A stretch of 64,000 bases of DNA from assembly GCA_053919585.1 (NCBI GenBank), contig CM132790.1; one strand, written 5' to 3'. A program made the translations under genes and the position numbers. Origin of the DNA: Euprymna scolopes (Eukaryota). This document shows, one piece after another, positions 12,951 through 25,774 of this stretch. The notes beneath the pieces were generated by a model. That model was not told the DNA's origin, did not search any database, and saw only the letters and a program-made list of their open reading frames with translations. Within the stretch, counting starts at the first letter, position 1. Each line of letters begins with the position of its first letter.

Positions 12951-14224
12951 TTTTTTTAAACAGTGATCACCGCATATCAAGGCCCGGAAGCCACACAGGG
13001 ATAAGGGTTATTGCAAGTATATTACGTTAGTGTGGAGATTTGATGACGTTTTTACTTAAAGGGGCGGTTTATTAGGAATTTGTTAGCATTGGACTTGAAG
13101 ACATCCAAGTTGTAGTCCGGTGGGAAGCAGGCAGACGGAACAGAGTTCCACAGGCGTGCAGTTCTAAGAAAGAAGCTTTGTTCATGGAATCCGCGTTTTG
13201 ATTTAGGCACTGATATAGAGTGGGGGACATTTTTCACAGTGGATTCAGCTAGACGGGTATTTTTCGTTAAAGATTGGCGAGGGGGACCAGAGATTGGAGT
13301 TCGGACGAGCACCTGCCATGGAAATTACGATAAAACAAGGATAGTCTCGCAACGTCTCTTCTGTGGGAGAGAGGTTGCAGGGTAGAGAAAAGGGCATCCC
13401 CCACTAAACCACGAAGTCTATTTTGTACTCTGTCAAGTAGGATAGGCTGTTTTTAGCAGCTCCTGCCCAGATATGGCAACAGTATTCCATCATTGGACGT
13501 ACTTGTCTTTTATAATAGTTATGGAATTGCATCAGTAGTGAGATATTTTCTGGAGCGGTAGAAGGATCGCACCATCTTTCCAGCGACCTTGGCAACAGAT
13601 TGATGTACGTGTTCCATTTCAGATCAGGAGTAAAGGTCAAACCCAGAAGCTTGTCAAAACACGGGACCTCACCCAGACAAGAGCCATCCATCACCATTGA
13701 TGCCAGATTGGGATCAGAGCGTTGATGATGTAAGGAAAGGAGTTTGGTTTTGGATGCATTAAAGGTAACCAGCCACATCTTCTCCCACTGAACCACGTGC
13801 TCGAGATCAGATGAGAGAGAATCAGAGAGAACTTTGTCATTTACAGCCTTTGATGTGTTGCCGTAGATGGTCGTGTCATCAGCATAGATGTCAACGAATT
13901 ATTTAAGTATATTTTTCGGGAGGTCATTGATGTAGATCAGGAAGACAGGCCGGGGATTGACCCCTGAGGGATTCCAGCATTTATATTGCACGCCTCCGAT
14001 TTTTGTTCATCTACCACTACTCTTATAAGCCTATCACAGAGAAATGATTTAATGATTGGGAAAACATTTCCAGTTTTACCGTAGCTGGAAATCTTGTGAA
14101 GTAGAACCTTATGTCATACCTTGTCGAAAGCCTTTGAGATATCAAGAGCAATTGCCCTAGAAAGGAAACCTTTGTCAAGAGATTCACTAATCCTGTGGGA
14201 TATAACCGTCAGCACATGTGCGGT
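12951..14224 (-). mobile_element. 5'-truncated LINE, RT and 3' end
   Basis: ALDISKAFDKV, YADD and MEYCCHIWAG motifs; 3' tail at 12951-13012. Confidence 0.95.
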
Positions 14225-15240
14225 TAATCCTAAGCCCAACTCTCTTCCTGATCTGCATCAAAGATCTCCCAAAACATATACTAAAAGCATTCGTTGACAT
14301 CTAAGCTGATGACACGACCATCTATGGCAACACATCTTAAGCCGTAAATGACAACGTTCTCTCTGATTCTCTGTCCTCTGATCTTGAGCTCGTGCTACAA
14401 TGGGGAAGAGGTGGCTGGTTACTTTTAATGCATCTAAAACCAAACTACATCATCAACGCTCATATCCTCATCTGGCATCAATTAAAATGGGCGCCTATTG
14501 TCTTGAGAGTCTCTATGTTCTGACAAGCGTTTGGGTTTGACCTTTACTCCTGATCTGAATTGGAATACGTACATCAAGTCGGTTGCCAATGTCGCTGGGA
14601 AAATGGTGGGGTACTTTTACCGATCCAGAAGATATATCACTACTGATGCAATCCTCTATCTGTATAAACGCCAAGTACATCCAAGGATGGAGTACTGCTA
14701 CAGCATCTGGACTGGGGCTGCTAAAAACAGCATGCCCTGCCTTGACAGAGTACAAAATAGATTCGTGGCTTAGTGGGTGATGCCCTTTTCTCTTACCTGC
14801 AACCTCTCTCTCACAGAAGAGGCGTCGCAAGTCTGTCTTTGTTTTATCGTTGTTTCTATGGCAAGTGTTCGTCCGAGCTCCAATCTTTGGCCCCCCTCGC
14901 CAATCTTTCACGAAAAACACCCGTTTAGCTGAAACCACTGTCACAAAATTTCCCCACTCCATATCTGTGCCTAAATCAACACGTAGATTCCATGAACAAT
15001 GCTCCTTTCTCAGAAGTGCACGCCTGTTGAATTCTCTTCCGTTTGTCCAGTTCCTCACCTGACTACAACTTGCATGTCTTCAACTCCAACATACACAAAT
15101 TCCTGATGGATCGCCCTCTTAAGTAACTTTATCAAATCTCCAATACTAAGGATTACTATCCCATTGATTACTGTGCACCTTATTCGAGAGGGGCGTCCGG
15201 GCCTTGATAATGGTTATCCTCATGTAAAATAAAAAATAAA
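14225..15240 (+). mobile_element. 5'-truncated LINE abutting the previous copy head-to-head
   Basis: Starts at atcctaagcccaactctc (ILGPTLF region); LTFTPDLNWN and MEYCYSIWTG; tail gggccttgataatgg..catgtaaaa. Confidence 0.95.
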
Positions 15241-15596
15241 TTTAACGAAAATAACAAATGCGTTACCACCGAAAATTAAAGGCATACGATTTACCTTTTC
15301 TTTGAGGTTAATTCCTGAGCACAGGAGGCATGTTTGCTGCAATAATAATAATTAAAACTGGAAACACTACTTATTACCTTACGTATGTGGTTCCTTAATG
15401 CCGTCTTTCGACCTTCACATCGAAAATTCCATTTTTCTTTAATATTCACATTTTTCAACCGATTTTCCCCGGCTAAAGCCCAAATATAAAATTTCGCATG
15501 GGTTCTAAGAATCTGTGTATTAACTGTAGGCAAAATAACTTACAAAGTAGTTTCGTAGAATTTTTTGAAACAAATATATATATGCATATACATAAA

Positions 15597-16523
15597 TCTA
15601 TACATCTATAAAAGTGAAAATATATATGTATGTTTGTGTGTTTACACTTCCCTAGCAAATAACCTTGTCAATTCTCGGTCTACAGATTTGTGATTAGACT
15701 GGAACGGTATTGAGATGTGGGAACATCAGGTTAATCGAAATTAGGCAGTAAAGGGATCAAAGCACATAGATTTGATCTTTGAGAACTCGACGAAACTCCT
15801 TCGCAAATTTTAGATCAAACCACCTGAAATTTAGATACATGTTACTTGGACATGGATCGAATTTTGTAATTCTACTTAAGCCCCAAACAATAAATGTAAA
15901 GGCTTATAATTGATGTCAACGATTTTAAAAAATCGACCTTCGCACGCGCTATCAAATTACTCAGCCATTTTTTTTATCTAAACATTTGAAACTTTTACAT
16001 GAAGTGTAATCAGACAAAGGACAAGGTTTTAAATCCTTTTTCGTGACAATTTCGCTTCCAAGGAGTAAAAGTTCAAAAGATTGTGTAGCAATATATTAAG
16101 CCAAGTTTGGGTATAAACACATGAAATTTTTCAAAAGGGTGTTCAGACATGCAGCAAGATTTTTATAAGTTTTTCGGCGAGAATTCTACACGCAAGAGGA
16201 CAAAGTTTACAGATTTATTGTTTGCAGACTCTACAGAACTCCTCCGCCAATTTTGGTTGTAAACACGTGTACCTTTAGATGTAGGTTACGTGAGCATATG
16301 TCAAACATTTTAATTGTATTTAAGCCCCAAACATTTAATGTTAACGGGTCAAAATGTAAAGAATTTGACGTCTCCGATCTACGGACTCTTCTCTATGGTA
16401 GTTAAGAAACCCTGTTATATAGGAAGGCATTATCGAACATATTCACACTTTTTAATATGCACATATGCACACAAAGTAATGAAAAGTACATAGTGTCCGT
16501 GCAAAGCTGGAGGGAACCGCTAG
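15597..16523 (+). mobile_element. Non-autonomous Helitron with degenerate ~140 bp internal repeats
   Basis: 5' A|TCTATACATCTATAAAAG..gtatgtttgt; 3' imperfect hairpin ccgtgcaaagctgg then CTAG|T. Repeated internal blocks such as aactcct.cgc.aatttt and ttaagccccaaaca. Confidence 0.75.
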
Positions 16524-17751
16524 TATATATAGACAAAAGATTTCTGGCTTCTATAAATTTTTACCAAATATTACGCAAATATAAATCATGTGGACTATCT
16601 GCATAAATGTACTTACACGTAATATATAATCATTTAATAATAAAACTGAAGTAAACTACTAATTAAATATTAAAATAAATAAACGAAATACGCAGCTTAG
16701 CAATGCCTTTGCAGTTAATGCAATTTTATTAGCCACATAGTTTCCTTTTAAAACAATACAAAAAGAGACTATTTATATGCACATTGAAACACAAACAATT
16801 ATAGGGGCATATATATTTTTTCTGCGCTCATGCATTCAAGGTTGCAAGCAAAAGCGTTCTCTTTTAGCCCAGGTTTTTAGATGATATAAGGCATGGGATC
16901 AGTATTTTGCTTACAATTACATTGTGTGTTATTGAAATTAAGCATATCTAAAAGTATNNNNNNNNNNNNNNNNNNNNNNNNNNNNNNNNNNNNNNNNNNN
17001 NNNNNNNNNNNNNNNNNNNNNNNNNNNNNNNNNNNNNNNNNNNNNNNNNNNNNNNNNNNNNNNNNNNNNNNNNNNNNNNNNNNNNNNNNNNNNNNNNNNN
17101 NNNNNNNNNNNNNNNNNNNNNNNNNNNNNNNNNNNNNNNNNNNNCATTTCAAATTTCATTATTTTGGCCATCTTACAATTTATTCCTTTAAGCCAATTGA
17201 CATCTGAACACTAGATGTTTCGTAGCACAAAATCAATCACTGAATTATAATATCTATTTTGACCGTAACTCATTAGAATTAGTAGCAAAAATCAATCCAC
17301 AAAACGAAATAAAATGCATTTGTACATGATTTTAAACTCGTAAAGAAGTAGACAAGCTGCAAACACCTTATAATTTACTTACATTACGATATATTGGCTT
17401 AGAAATAACGTTATTAAACCCACATATTCCTAGTCGAAAATGTACATTAATTTAGGTATATTCTGCTAGATATCTTCTATTTTGTACTTTGTAAATTTAT
17501 TAATTATAATTAATAATTCCATATTTACCCAAATAACACCAAATACGTATATGTGTTCATACCCATCTAATTTATTCGAGAGTTAAAAAGAACAACGCAT
17601 TTTCAACTTCTGATTATATTTAATTATTCATTAATCTGAATTTATATCTATACACAAGTTCTTATTACCAGTATACTTAAATTTATTATTACATAAATTA
17701 TAATTCTTTTAATTTTTTAATACTATAATTATAATTTTATTTAGTTGAAAG

Positions 17752-18180
17752 TTCTAAATTCGCACAGTAACCCGTTAACATAATTGTTTACCTCGAGCGA
17801 AAATATTAATTATTCAACTTTTTTTAATTTTAAACTAAACGTAGTAATTCCCTTCAAACTTCTGAATTCGCTAATTATCCCGTTAACATAATTATTTACC
17901 TCGAGCGAAAATATTAATTATTCAACTATTTTTATTTAAAACTAAACGTAGTAATTCCCTTCAAATTTCTGAATTCGCTAAGTATCCTGTTAACATAATT
18001 GTTTACCTCGAGCGAAAATATTAATTATTCAACTTTTTTTATTTTAAACTAAACGTAGTAAGTCCCTTAAAATTTCTGAATTCGCTAAGTATCCCGTTTA
18101 CATAAATGTTTACCTCGAGCGAAAATATTAATTATTCAACTTTTTAATTTGAAACCAAACATAATAATTCCTCTCAAATA
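17752..18180. repeat. Tandem repeat, ~4 copies of 107-108 bp
   Basis: cccgttaacataattgtttacctcgagcgaaaatattaattattcaac recurs at 17771, 17879, 17986 and 18093. Confidence 0.95.
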
Positions 18181-18399
18181 TGTTATCCTATAGGAAGGAA
18201 AAAAAAAGAAGGGAAGATAGAAGAAAGTAGGATAATTAAGATACGATAAAAGAATTGAAGTTACCATATTCAGTTTAAAAGTAGTAGAATGTGGACGTAA
18301 ATAGATGGTGACATTGACTGCTAGTAAGACTTAGTCAAATATAGAAACCTCTTTAAGCAGGGATATTCATGACAATCAAAAACCTACCTGATTATTATT

Positions 18400-18950
18400 C
18401 CTTCAAACTCCTCAGCGCATGGAATATTAACTGAAATATTTACCTGGAGGACATTGCGAAGGCCGCGGCAACGGAAAGTTGACTCCTTCAATCCTGCTAC
18501 AGAACTGCCCACACGCGAGAGTATCTTGTACCTCTATAATACAACCGCTCGCCCTTGTATGTAATATTGTTGCCACATCTCGGCTGGAGAATTTACCACA
18601 TTCTCTTCCTGTTCGATAGGACACAAAAAATGGTTTGCTATCTAATAGGAGCCCTCTTTATATACTAGGCACCAACCCCTGTCCAATCACCGCAATGTGT
18701 CTGTTTACATGTATTTTAAGAGAATGTGTTTCGATGAACTCAGTACATTTGTCCCCAATTGACGCGCCTATCGCCGACAAACCAGCTTAGCAACAAAATC
18801 ACCTCCTCCAGTGTTGACGTTTTTAAATATCAGAAAGTTCCTACTCAAATAGTTTCTTTCCTAGGACAGCTTGATTATGGAATACTCTTCCTATCGCATG
18901 CCTCCCCATCTTTACTGATATGCAGACGTTCAAATTCAACGTAAACCACA
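18400..18950 (-). mobile_element. Possible highly degenerate LTR-retrotransposon integrase remnant
   Basis: Minus-strand LLSWFVGDRRVNW and GLVPSI resemble Gypsy integrase C-terminal segments. Weak. Confidence 0.3.
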
Positions 18951-20231
18951 TCTTGATCTTTGTAAGGTTCGGTTCTAATTAGTAGCCACTTACATCAATG
19001 TCGAATTATGGCTTGTTTGGGGTAAAGATAAGTAAATATATATCTTGGCTCAAACAAACACTTATCGATCGAAATAAGCACCATCAGATTTAACGCATTT
19101 TTGCAACACTGAACAAGTGTATTTATGCCAGTAACGTAAATATATTGCGGTCTCGGTGGGCGGAAGTCGCTGAAAGCGTTATAATATCGCTTAGGTTTTT
19201 TCAACATTTATCACGCAGATAGTTGTCCTGATGCTTGAAAAAGTTGAAGTGTTCATGTGGAGATGGGTGGAAGACAAGTCGAAAGACGCAAAATTTCGTA
19301 ACACATTATTTCAATTATTTATGGCCATTTTAGCAAGGTGCGATTGTTCATTGTCTTGAAGTAGAGTAGGGAAAGTTCTGTAGACTTATGTGTAGAGTTG
19401 TTGTCGTAGTTACTGATGCATTGTATACATTTGTTGACAGTATATAACTGCTGTAATTATTTCGCTATATTTTTAAAAGATTTAATGGATGACACCGGTT
19501 TCAGATCACAAAACAGTCAGAATGAGCTTCTTTTAGTTCAAATCTGGTTTGAGCTACGCCGGCGTCTAAATACTGAGCTGATCACCGCCGGTTGTCAAAA
19601 AGAATCAACTTGTTATCGCAAGTAATAATCCTATCGAGTACAGGTCGTTCGTGTTAGGTTAAACAATGGACATTTTTTTTAACGGTGTGTCTTTTTGTTG
19701 TCGATTAATTCATGAGGGTCCAAAATATCAATGAGTGTGTCTATCCAATCATTCTCAAGTATTTTTAAATCGTCGTATGCGTTAGTCTATTTCAGAAGAA
19801 ATTCAACAACAGTTGTACTATGATTGACTTCGAATGAATCTCAGTAGTTTATCGTTTACACATCCGAAAGCAAAGACTCTCGCCTGCGGAACGAAATTCC
19901 TTAGACCACCATTGCCGGTACGTTTAGTAGTGGCTACTGAACAAAACTAGTCATTGTTATCGTGGGCTGTTTAAGTAGTTTTTTTGCCTAGTTTGAATTG
20001 AAGTAAGACATTTGTGCAAATTTTATATTTTTTTCGAAATTGTATTAAGCTTTAATAATTGTAATTGTTTTATCCCGGTGTAAATTTAAGCAATTAAATA
20101 AGGCTAAATTTAAAGGTATTAGAAAGAAAATATTTTTTACATGGATTTGCTGACAACAAATTAAGCAACAACTTCTTGTAAACCTAATATGTAATGTATA
20201 TAATTATTTTTATAACGATTAATAAATACAT

Positions 20232-20277
20232 ACAGACACTAGTGTTTCATCCTACTGGGAATCATCAGCGGCGGGGG
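20232..20277 (-). ncRNA. Minimal hammerhead ribozyme motif with palindromic stem III
   Basis: Minus strand CTGATGA-T-TCC-cagta-GGA-T-GAAAC-ACTAGT-GTC. Core and GUC site intact; stem I weak. Confidence 0.7.
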
Positions 20278-20649
20278 TCAAGATTTATACCAAATTGAAC
20301 CTGGAAACTAAGCCATCTCTGACTCTATTAACAAGGGCCAAATCTATCCGGCAACCGTTAACTGCGAGAAATATCGTTGAAATTTAAACATTTATTTTGT
20401 AAGGATGATCTGATCATTATATGTTGATAATAGAATACTAGCTAAATTGACCGACGTTATTTTAACTGAATACAAAATGTCAATCGGTTGATTGCTGATT
20501 AGTAAAATATCAATATTTCCCTTAATATACATCACAAAAAATGGGTTGCTTTATTCATAGTTATTTCCTACATTTTCTTCCAAATCCATGCTATTTTCAC
20601 GAGGTTGTGGCATTTTAGTTATTATCGAAGAAATGTTACTGTCCATCGC

Positions 20650-22150
20650 TTTATTGCAGGCAAATAAAGTTTATCGAAAAGCAAAGGATAGTTGCTAGAC
20701 TCTCAGAAGGATTGTCTATTAAAAATTTAGCACGGAGCTGGAATAGGATCCAAAAAAACATTGGCTGCATTCTTGAAAAACCTAACAGCACATCCACAAA
20801 AATAAGGGCACCAGGAAAAAAAAAACTTTTAGATCGTGATAGTCGGAAAAATTGGTAGGGAAGTCAACAGAAACAGAAACACCAACAATGCTTTTGTTTT
20901 TGCAAAAGCTGGAATCCCTTCAAGATCCAATCATTCAATGTGTTTAATGAGATTGCAAGGAACATCAAACCTCTTCCAATGCCTCCACTGAGCAAACAAA
21001 ATAGGAAAAAACGAAAAGATTGCACACAGAATTACAAAACACTAGATTTCTAACAGGTCCTATGCATGTATGTCGCTCAAGCTACTCTCCACAGTCCGTA
21101 TAGATTGACCAAAGTTTGAAACCCGAACGGAACTCCGACCCGTTAGAGAAGTCATCGCCAACAATGAGGTGGAGGCTTTATCTTTTGGCCTAGATACATA
21201 AGTGATAAGTTGGTTGGACCATATCGAGCGACAGAGATTTAAAGCTTACCAGCAATGCGTACACGCCTATTTAGATAATCATTTGTCAACATGGCTAGAA
21301 GACAATGGACATCTGAACACTAGATGTTTCGTAGCACAAAATCAATCACTGAATTATAATATCTATTTTGACAGTAACTCATTAGAATTAGTAGCAAAAA
21401 TCAATCCACAAAACGAAATAAAATGCATTTGTACATGATTTTAAACTCGTAAAGAAGTAGACAAGCTGCAAACACCGTATAATTTACTTACATTACGATA
21501 TATTGGCTTAGAAATAACGTTATTAAACACAAACAGTTTAAATTCAAGGAATTGCCTTCCTCGGAGTACAAAATATTGTTTTGAGTTACTTTTAAAAATG
21601 GTGGATATGTCGATAAATAATTAATTTATATGAGACCAATCCCAAGGATATGCTATTGTCACGTCGCTTTCAGATGATTTTTTATACATTATAATTTTTC
21701 TTCCCATTCTGCTTGAGACGACTTCATCCTTCTTTAAATATATGTAATTCGTTGGGAAACTTTAATGGACTGACCACTGTGTTCTCCAGAGAATAAGCCC
21801 CATTGAATAACTCTGGTCAGTATTAAAATAAGAAGTTTATGAGAAAGGTGAGCAATGTACTTCAAAGGATGCCTTGTGAAAGAACATAGTTAATGTTGCC
21901 GGAGCCATAACTCAGTTTAAATTCAAAGAATTGCCTTCCTCGGAGTACAAAATATTGTTTTGAGTTACTTTTAAAAATGGTGGATATGTCGATAAATAAT
22001 TAATTTATATGAGACCAATCCCAAGGATATGCTATTGTGTATTATCCTTTGAAAGAAGAATGTAATAAAAAGTAAAGTTTACAAGATAAGACATTGTAAT
22101 TTTTCCCTAAACTAGAATTTTAAAGTCTTGCAACAAAGCCATGGCCAGTG
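20650..22150 (+). mobile_element. Tc1-family transposase fossil, interrupted at 21308-21659
   Basis: EKQRIVARLSEG; ATLHSP..RQQ*GGGFIFW (cf. ATLDGPDGW..RQQGGGGVMFW); PIE*LWSVLK*EVYEKGEQCTSKDAL; ends KNGGYVDK*. TIRs not resolved. Confidence 0.85.
21308..21659 (+). repeat. Composite duplication: copy of 17199-17419 followed by copy of 21913-22038
   Basis: 221 bp (2 differences seen) + acaaa linker + 126 bp (1 difference seen). Confidence 0.95.
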
Positions 22151-22789
22151 ACAATTTTTGATATGGAATAAACTGCCATAACTTCATGACTATCACCGGA
22201 AGACGTCGTTTGATGATATAATTTTCATTTTGTTCTTACGTGTATTTAGTGAAATATTGATATTGTCGAAGGCAACCTGAATTTTTCACTTATCTAAGAA
22301 GGATTTTATTATGTAAATTATTCGTACAGTAACACCGTATGATCTAATTTTCCCGATGAGACCTTCATGCCATATCCTGTCCAAAACCTTGGATAACCCA
22401 TGATAACCGCAATACCGTCCCTGCTTTGTCCAGTTAATGGTATATAAACTTTACTAAATTATCTTATTTTTCGTATAGATATATGATAAACCAGATCAAA
22501 TGAAAAATTGCGAGGTAACATTCGACACTTATTACCGAAATAAAGGCTTATTTATTACGTAGATTTAGTTAAGAATTTTTAGTCTATATTTCGACAAAGA
22601 TGCGCGAGACGGAGATTCATGTGCCAGTAATTGTATTTTATTATACATGCCAGAAAGTAATCTTCGATATAAACTAGCTTTACGTATAATAAAATAAATG
22701 CGATGTATATTAATGGATAAAAAAGTATAACCTTTTTCTAACATTTTTTTCTGGCATATGTTATCAGCATTGTCTTTTATTCGATATTT

Positions 22790-23610
22790 ATTTTTTTCAG
22801 TAAAGAGTAAACACCTATAAAGGCCTGGAAGCCACTAGAGTATAAGGGGTAATACGTGTACGGTGATCAATGAAAAATATCGTAGTAATCGTTTGTAGTA
22901 TAAATTTGTAAAATTTGATTACTTAAGGAGACGACTCATCAGGAACTTGTTTAAGTTAGACGACCATCTTGTAGTCAGTTAGACGGCAGGAAAACAGAAC
23001 AACATTCTACGGGTGTACAATTTTAAGAAAAAGGACCTTTGTTAATAGACTTTCTGTTCACATTTAGGCACATACAAAGTGTGGAGGAAATTATTGCAAG
23101 GGGGTTTCAGCTACACGACTGTTTTTCGTGAAAGTCAGTCAAAAGAGGACCATAGATTGGAGGTCGGACGAGCTGAAAACAGCAATAAAGCAGAGAGATT
23201 CACGAAACGTGTCTTCTATGGAAAAGATTTTGTTGCGAGGACAGGGCATCCTCTACTGCGAAGTCAAAACAATAGCAGCTCTTTCCCAGACATGGCGATA
23301 GTACTCTATCCCAGGATGTGCTTGGTTCTCATACAGGTTTAAAATATTATCAGCACTTATATATCTCTTCGAGTAGTAGAACCATCCACCATTTTTTTAA
23401 CAACTTTGTCAACGTATTTGATGTAAGTGTTCCATTTCAGATTAGAATATAAGGTCAGGCCCAGAAGCTTGTCAAAACAATCAGTCTCCTTAAAACGAGA
23501 GCAATTCATTTTAATTCTGATAAGAGTGATGATTATGAAAAGATAGAAGCTTGGTTTAAGATTCATTAAAAGTAACCAGGCTGTCCTTTCCCCATTGTAC
23601 TTCCTGATCA
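22790..23610 (-). mobile_element. Older, diverged copy of the main LINE family
   Basis: CFDKLLGLTLYSNLKWNTYIK; tail acccttatactctagtggcttccaggcctt. Confidence 0.85.
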
Positions 23611-24404
23611 AGAGCAGTCGATAGAAAGTACAACTCGGGTATTTCTCTTATTGAAGAAGGATTTTATTATGTTAAATATCCGCCCAGTAATAACATAGGA
23701 TCTGATATGCATAAGGAGACTAAACCGTCTCAAATCTTCAGATACTTTTAAGTATTCTTCCTTCCTCTCATCTGCCTTATCTATGCATGGTATACACGTT
23801 CAAGGATTACAGTTAGAATAAGTTCTGTAGAACGGCCTTGCATAAATCATGTTGGTAGTCGGGTAGAATTATAGTAACTGTGAAATAGTGAACTAGAGCC
23901 TGATTAATAATAAACTCTAATATTTTAACCAAAAGAGAAAAGAGGCTTATGGCCAACGATACGATGTGTCAGTTCTTTCGCTGGAATTCTTGTAAACTGC
24001 TACCGAAGAAGCAGTTTTCTAGCAGTCAGCAAGGCATTTCTTGAGTTTGGAATTTAAACTCCTTGTTGCTGCGTTTAAGAATTTTTAGTTGGTATCCGTG
24101 TAATAATTATTTACAGGAAGTGCGCGTTTCTTATTTCTTATTCTTCAAATGTGTTTTTGCAACATGCAACTGGTTTAAATTTGTATCTGATTTTTATCAT
24201 CTTACATAGCTGATGTATATTATAAACCGGTGGTTTCAAATGCAAACTGATATATATCCATGAAATTTTTGTATAATTGGCAAAGTAAAGCCTTAGAAAA
24301 GGGCAATTTTATACTACGAAAACATTTCATGTAAGCAACACATTCCTTGTTCTTGCCTTGACTCACTAATTTACATTAATCAGCAATAGACTTATGGATA
24401 TTGA

Positions 24405-24599
24405 TGTAATGGAAAAACCTAACACCTTTCATAGATGAAATGAACTATAGATATATTGACCCGCTCACGTACATGAGAAAGAAGGAACATTACAGGAAGA
24501 GAATAAGAAAAGAGGCTGAGTAATTCTTATTTCACATGTATTCCCTTGTCAATAAACCTCTTTGTGTTTCACCCATAACCCCGTGTTTCTTGCATAACA
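24405..24599 (+). repeat. Gypsy 5' LTR
   Basis: TGtaatgg...aataaa...cccataaccccgtgtttcttgcataaCA, followed by the PBS. Confidence 0.9.
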
Positions 24600-25774
24600 T
24601 ATGGTGACAGGATTCGAATTCAGAATATGGAAACTTTCAGCCAAAACATATTAGAAAACGAAGAGAAAAATACTACACGGAAAAATTCAACTACTGGAAA
24701 AAAATAGCTAGGACACACACAAAAAGTAAGTTATACATTTTTTAACTCAGTCTGTTACGGTCCTACGGAAATAAAATAAGAAATTGACATTTTATAAAGC
24801 ATTGTAAAGAACAATTTTTTAAAGTTGTCCATTTCAAATTTCTTTTGCTTCAAAATAATTAAAAAATACGGGGGAAAAGAATGCTTGCGTGCTGTTGGTT
24901 CAGTGTCAATTTCGTGGGTGTTGCAAAAACCTTTTTTATACAAATGAATGCTTTTTGTGGTTTAAAATTTAATTAGCTTTGTGCAGATTAAACTTCAACA
25001 TGGAAGAATTAGCCGAGTTTACGAAAACGATAAAATCAACTGGCAGATCAACAAAGCCAGATGGAATGTTTAGAAAAAGAACAGTTAAAACAAAATGAAG
25101 TATTAAAAACAATAGTAATGAAAGAAGAAGAAAAAAGAATTGTCGGTTCACTTCGGAAGGAATTGCAAATTCGCTGACAGGATTTTTATATGAGCCAATT
25201 CATGACTTAATTTTTCCAGCTTATTATCGTAGATACGAAAATATTTTTTCCAAACGATGTCAGTCCTTGTAAGATAAAGAATTACGTATTTTACTGTTGC
25301 AAAAACTGGGTTCCTATGAAAATACCAAGTATACCAATTTTATACTCCAATGGAAACCCGAGGATACTTCTTTTACAGCGACTATACAAATTTTATCGAA
25401 CATTCTCGGGGAACGGGATAGCTTATTTTATACTCGTTATTAAAACACCTATGTGTTTAAATATTTGGAAACAAAATGATGAAGTCTTTATCGCCTATTC
25501 TGGGAGAGTAAATGCCCAATACGAGTTATTTCACTTGAAAGATCTAAAAGAGGACATGTTTAAATTATTTTTATTTGTGCATGGGTTAACATTTTCGAAG
25601 GATAAAGGAATTCGTTATATGATATTATCCATTATGAACCAATACATAGAAATAACCTTATAGAAATTTACTGAGGAATGCCAGATATTGTTAACTTTAA
25701 AACAAGATAATACTAGTATCGAAGAGAAAAATGTTGACGAAATACAAAGGGTAAAAAAAGGTGGACACTATGTA

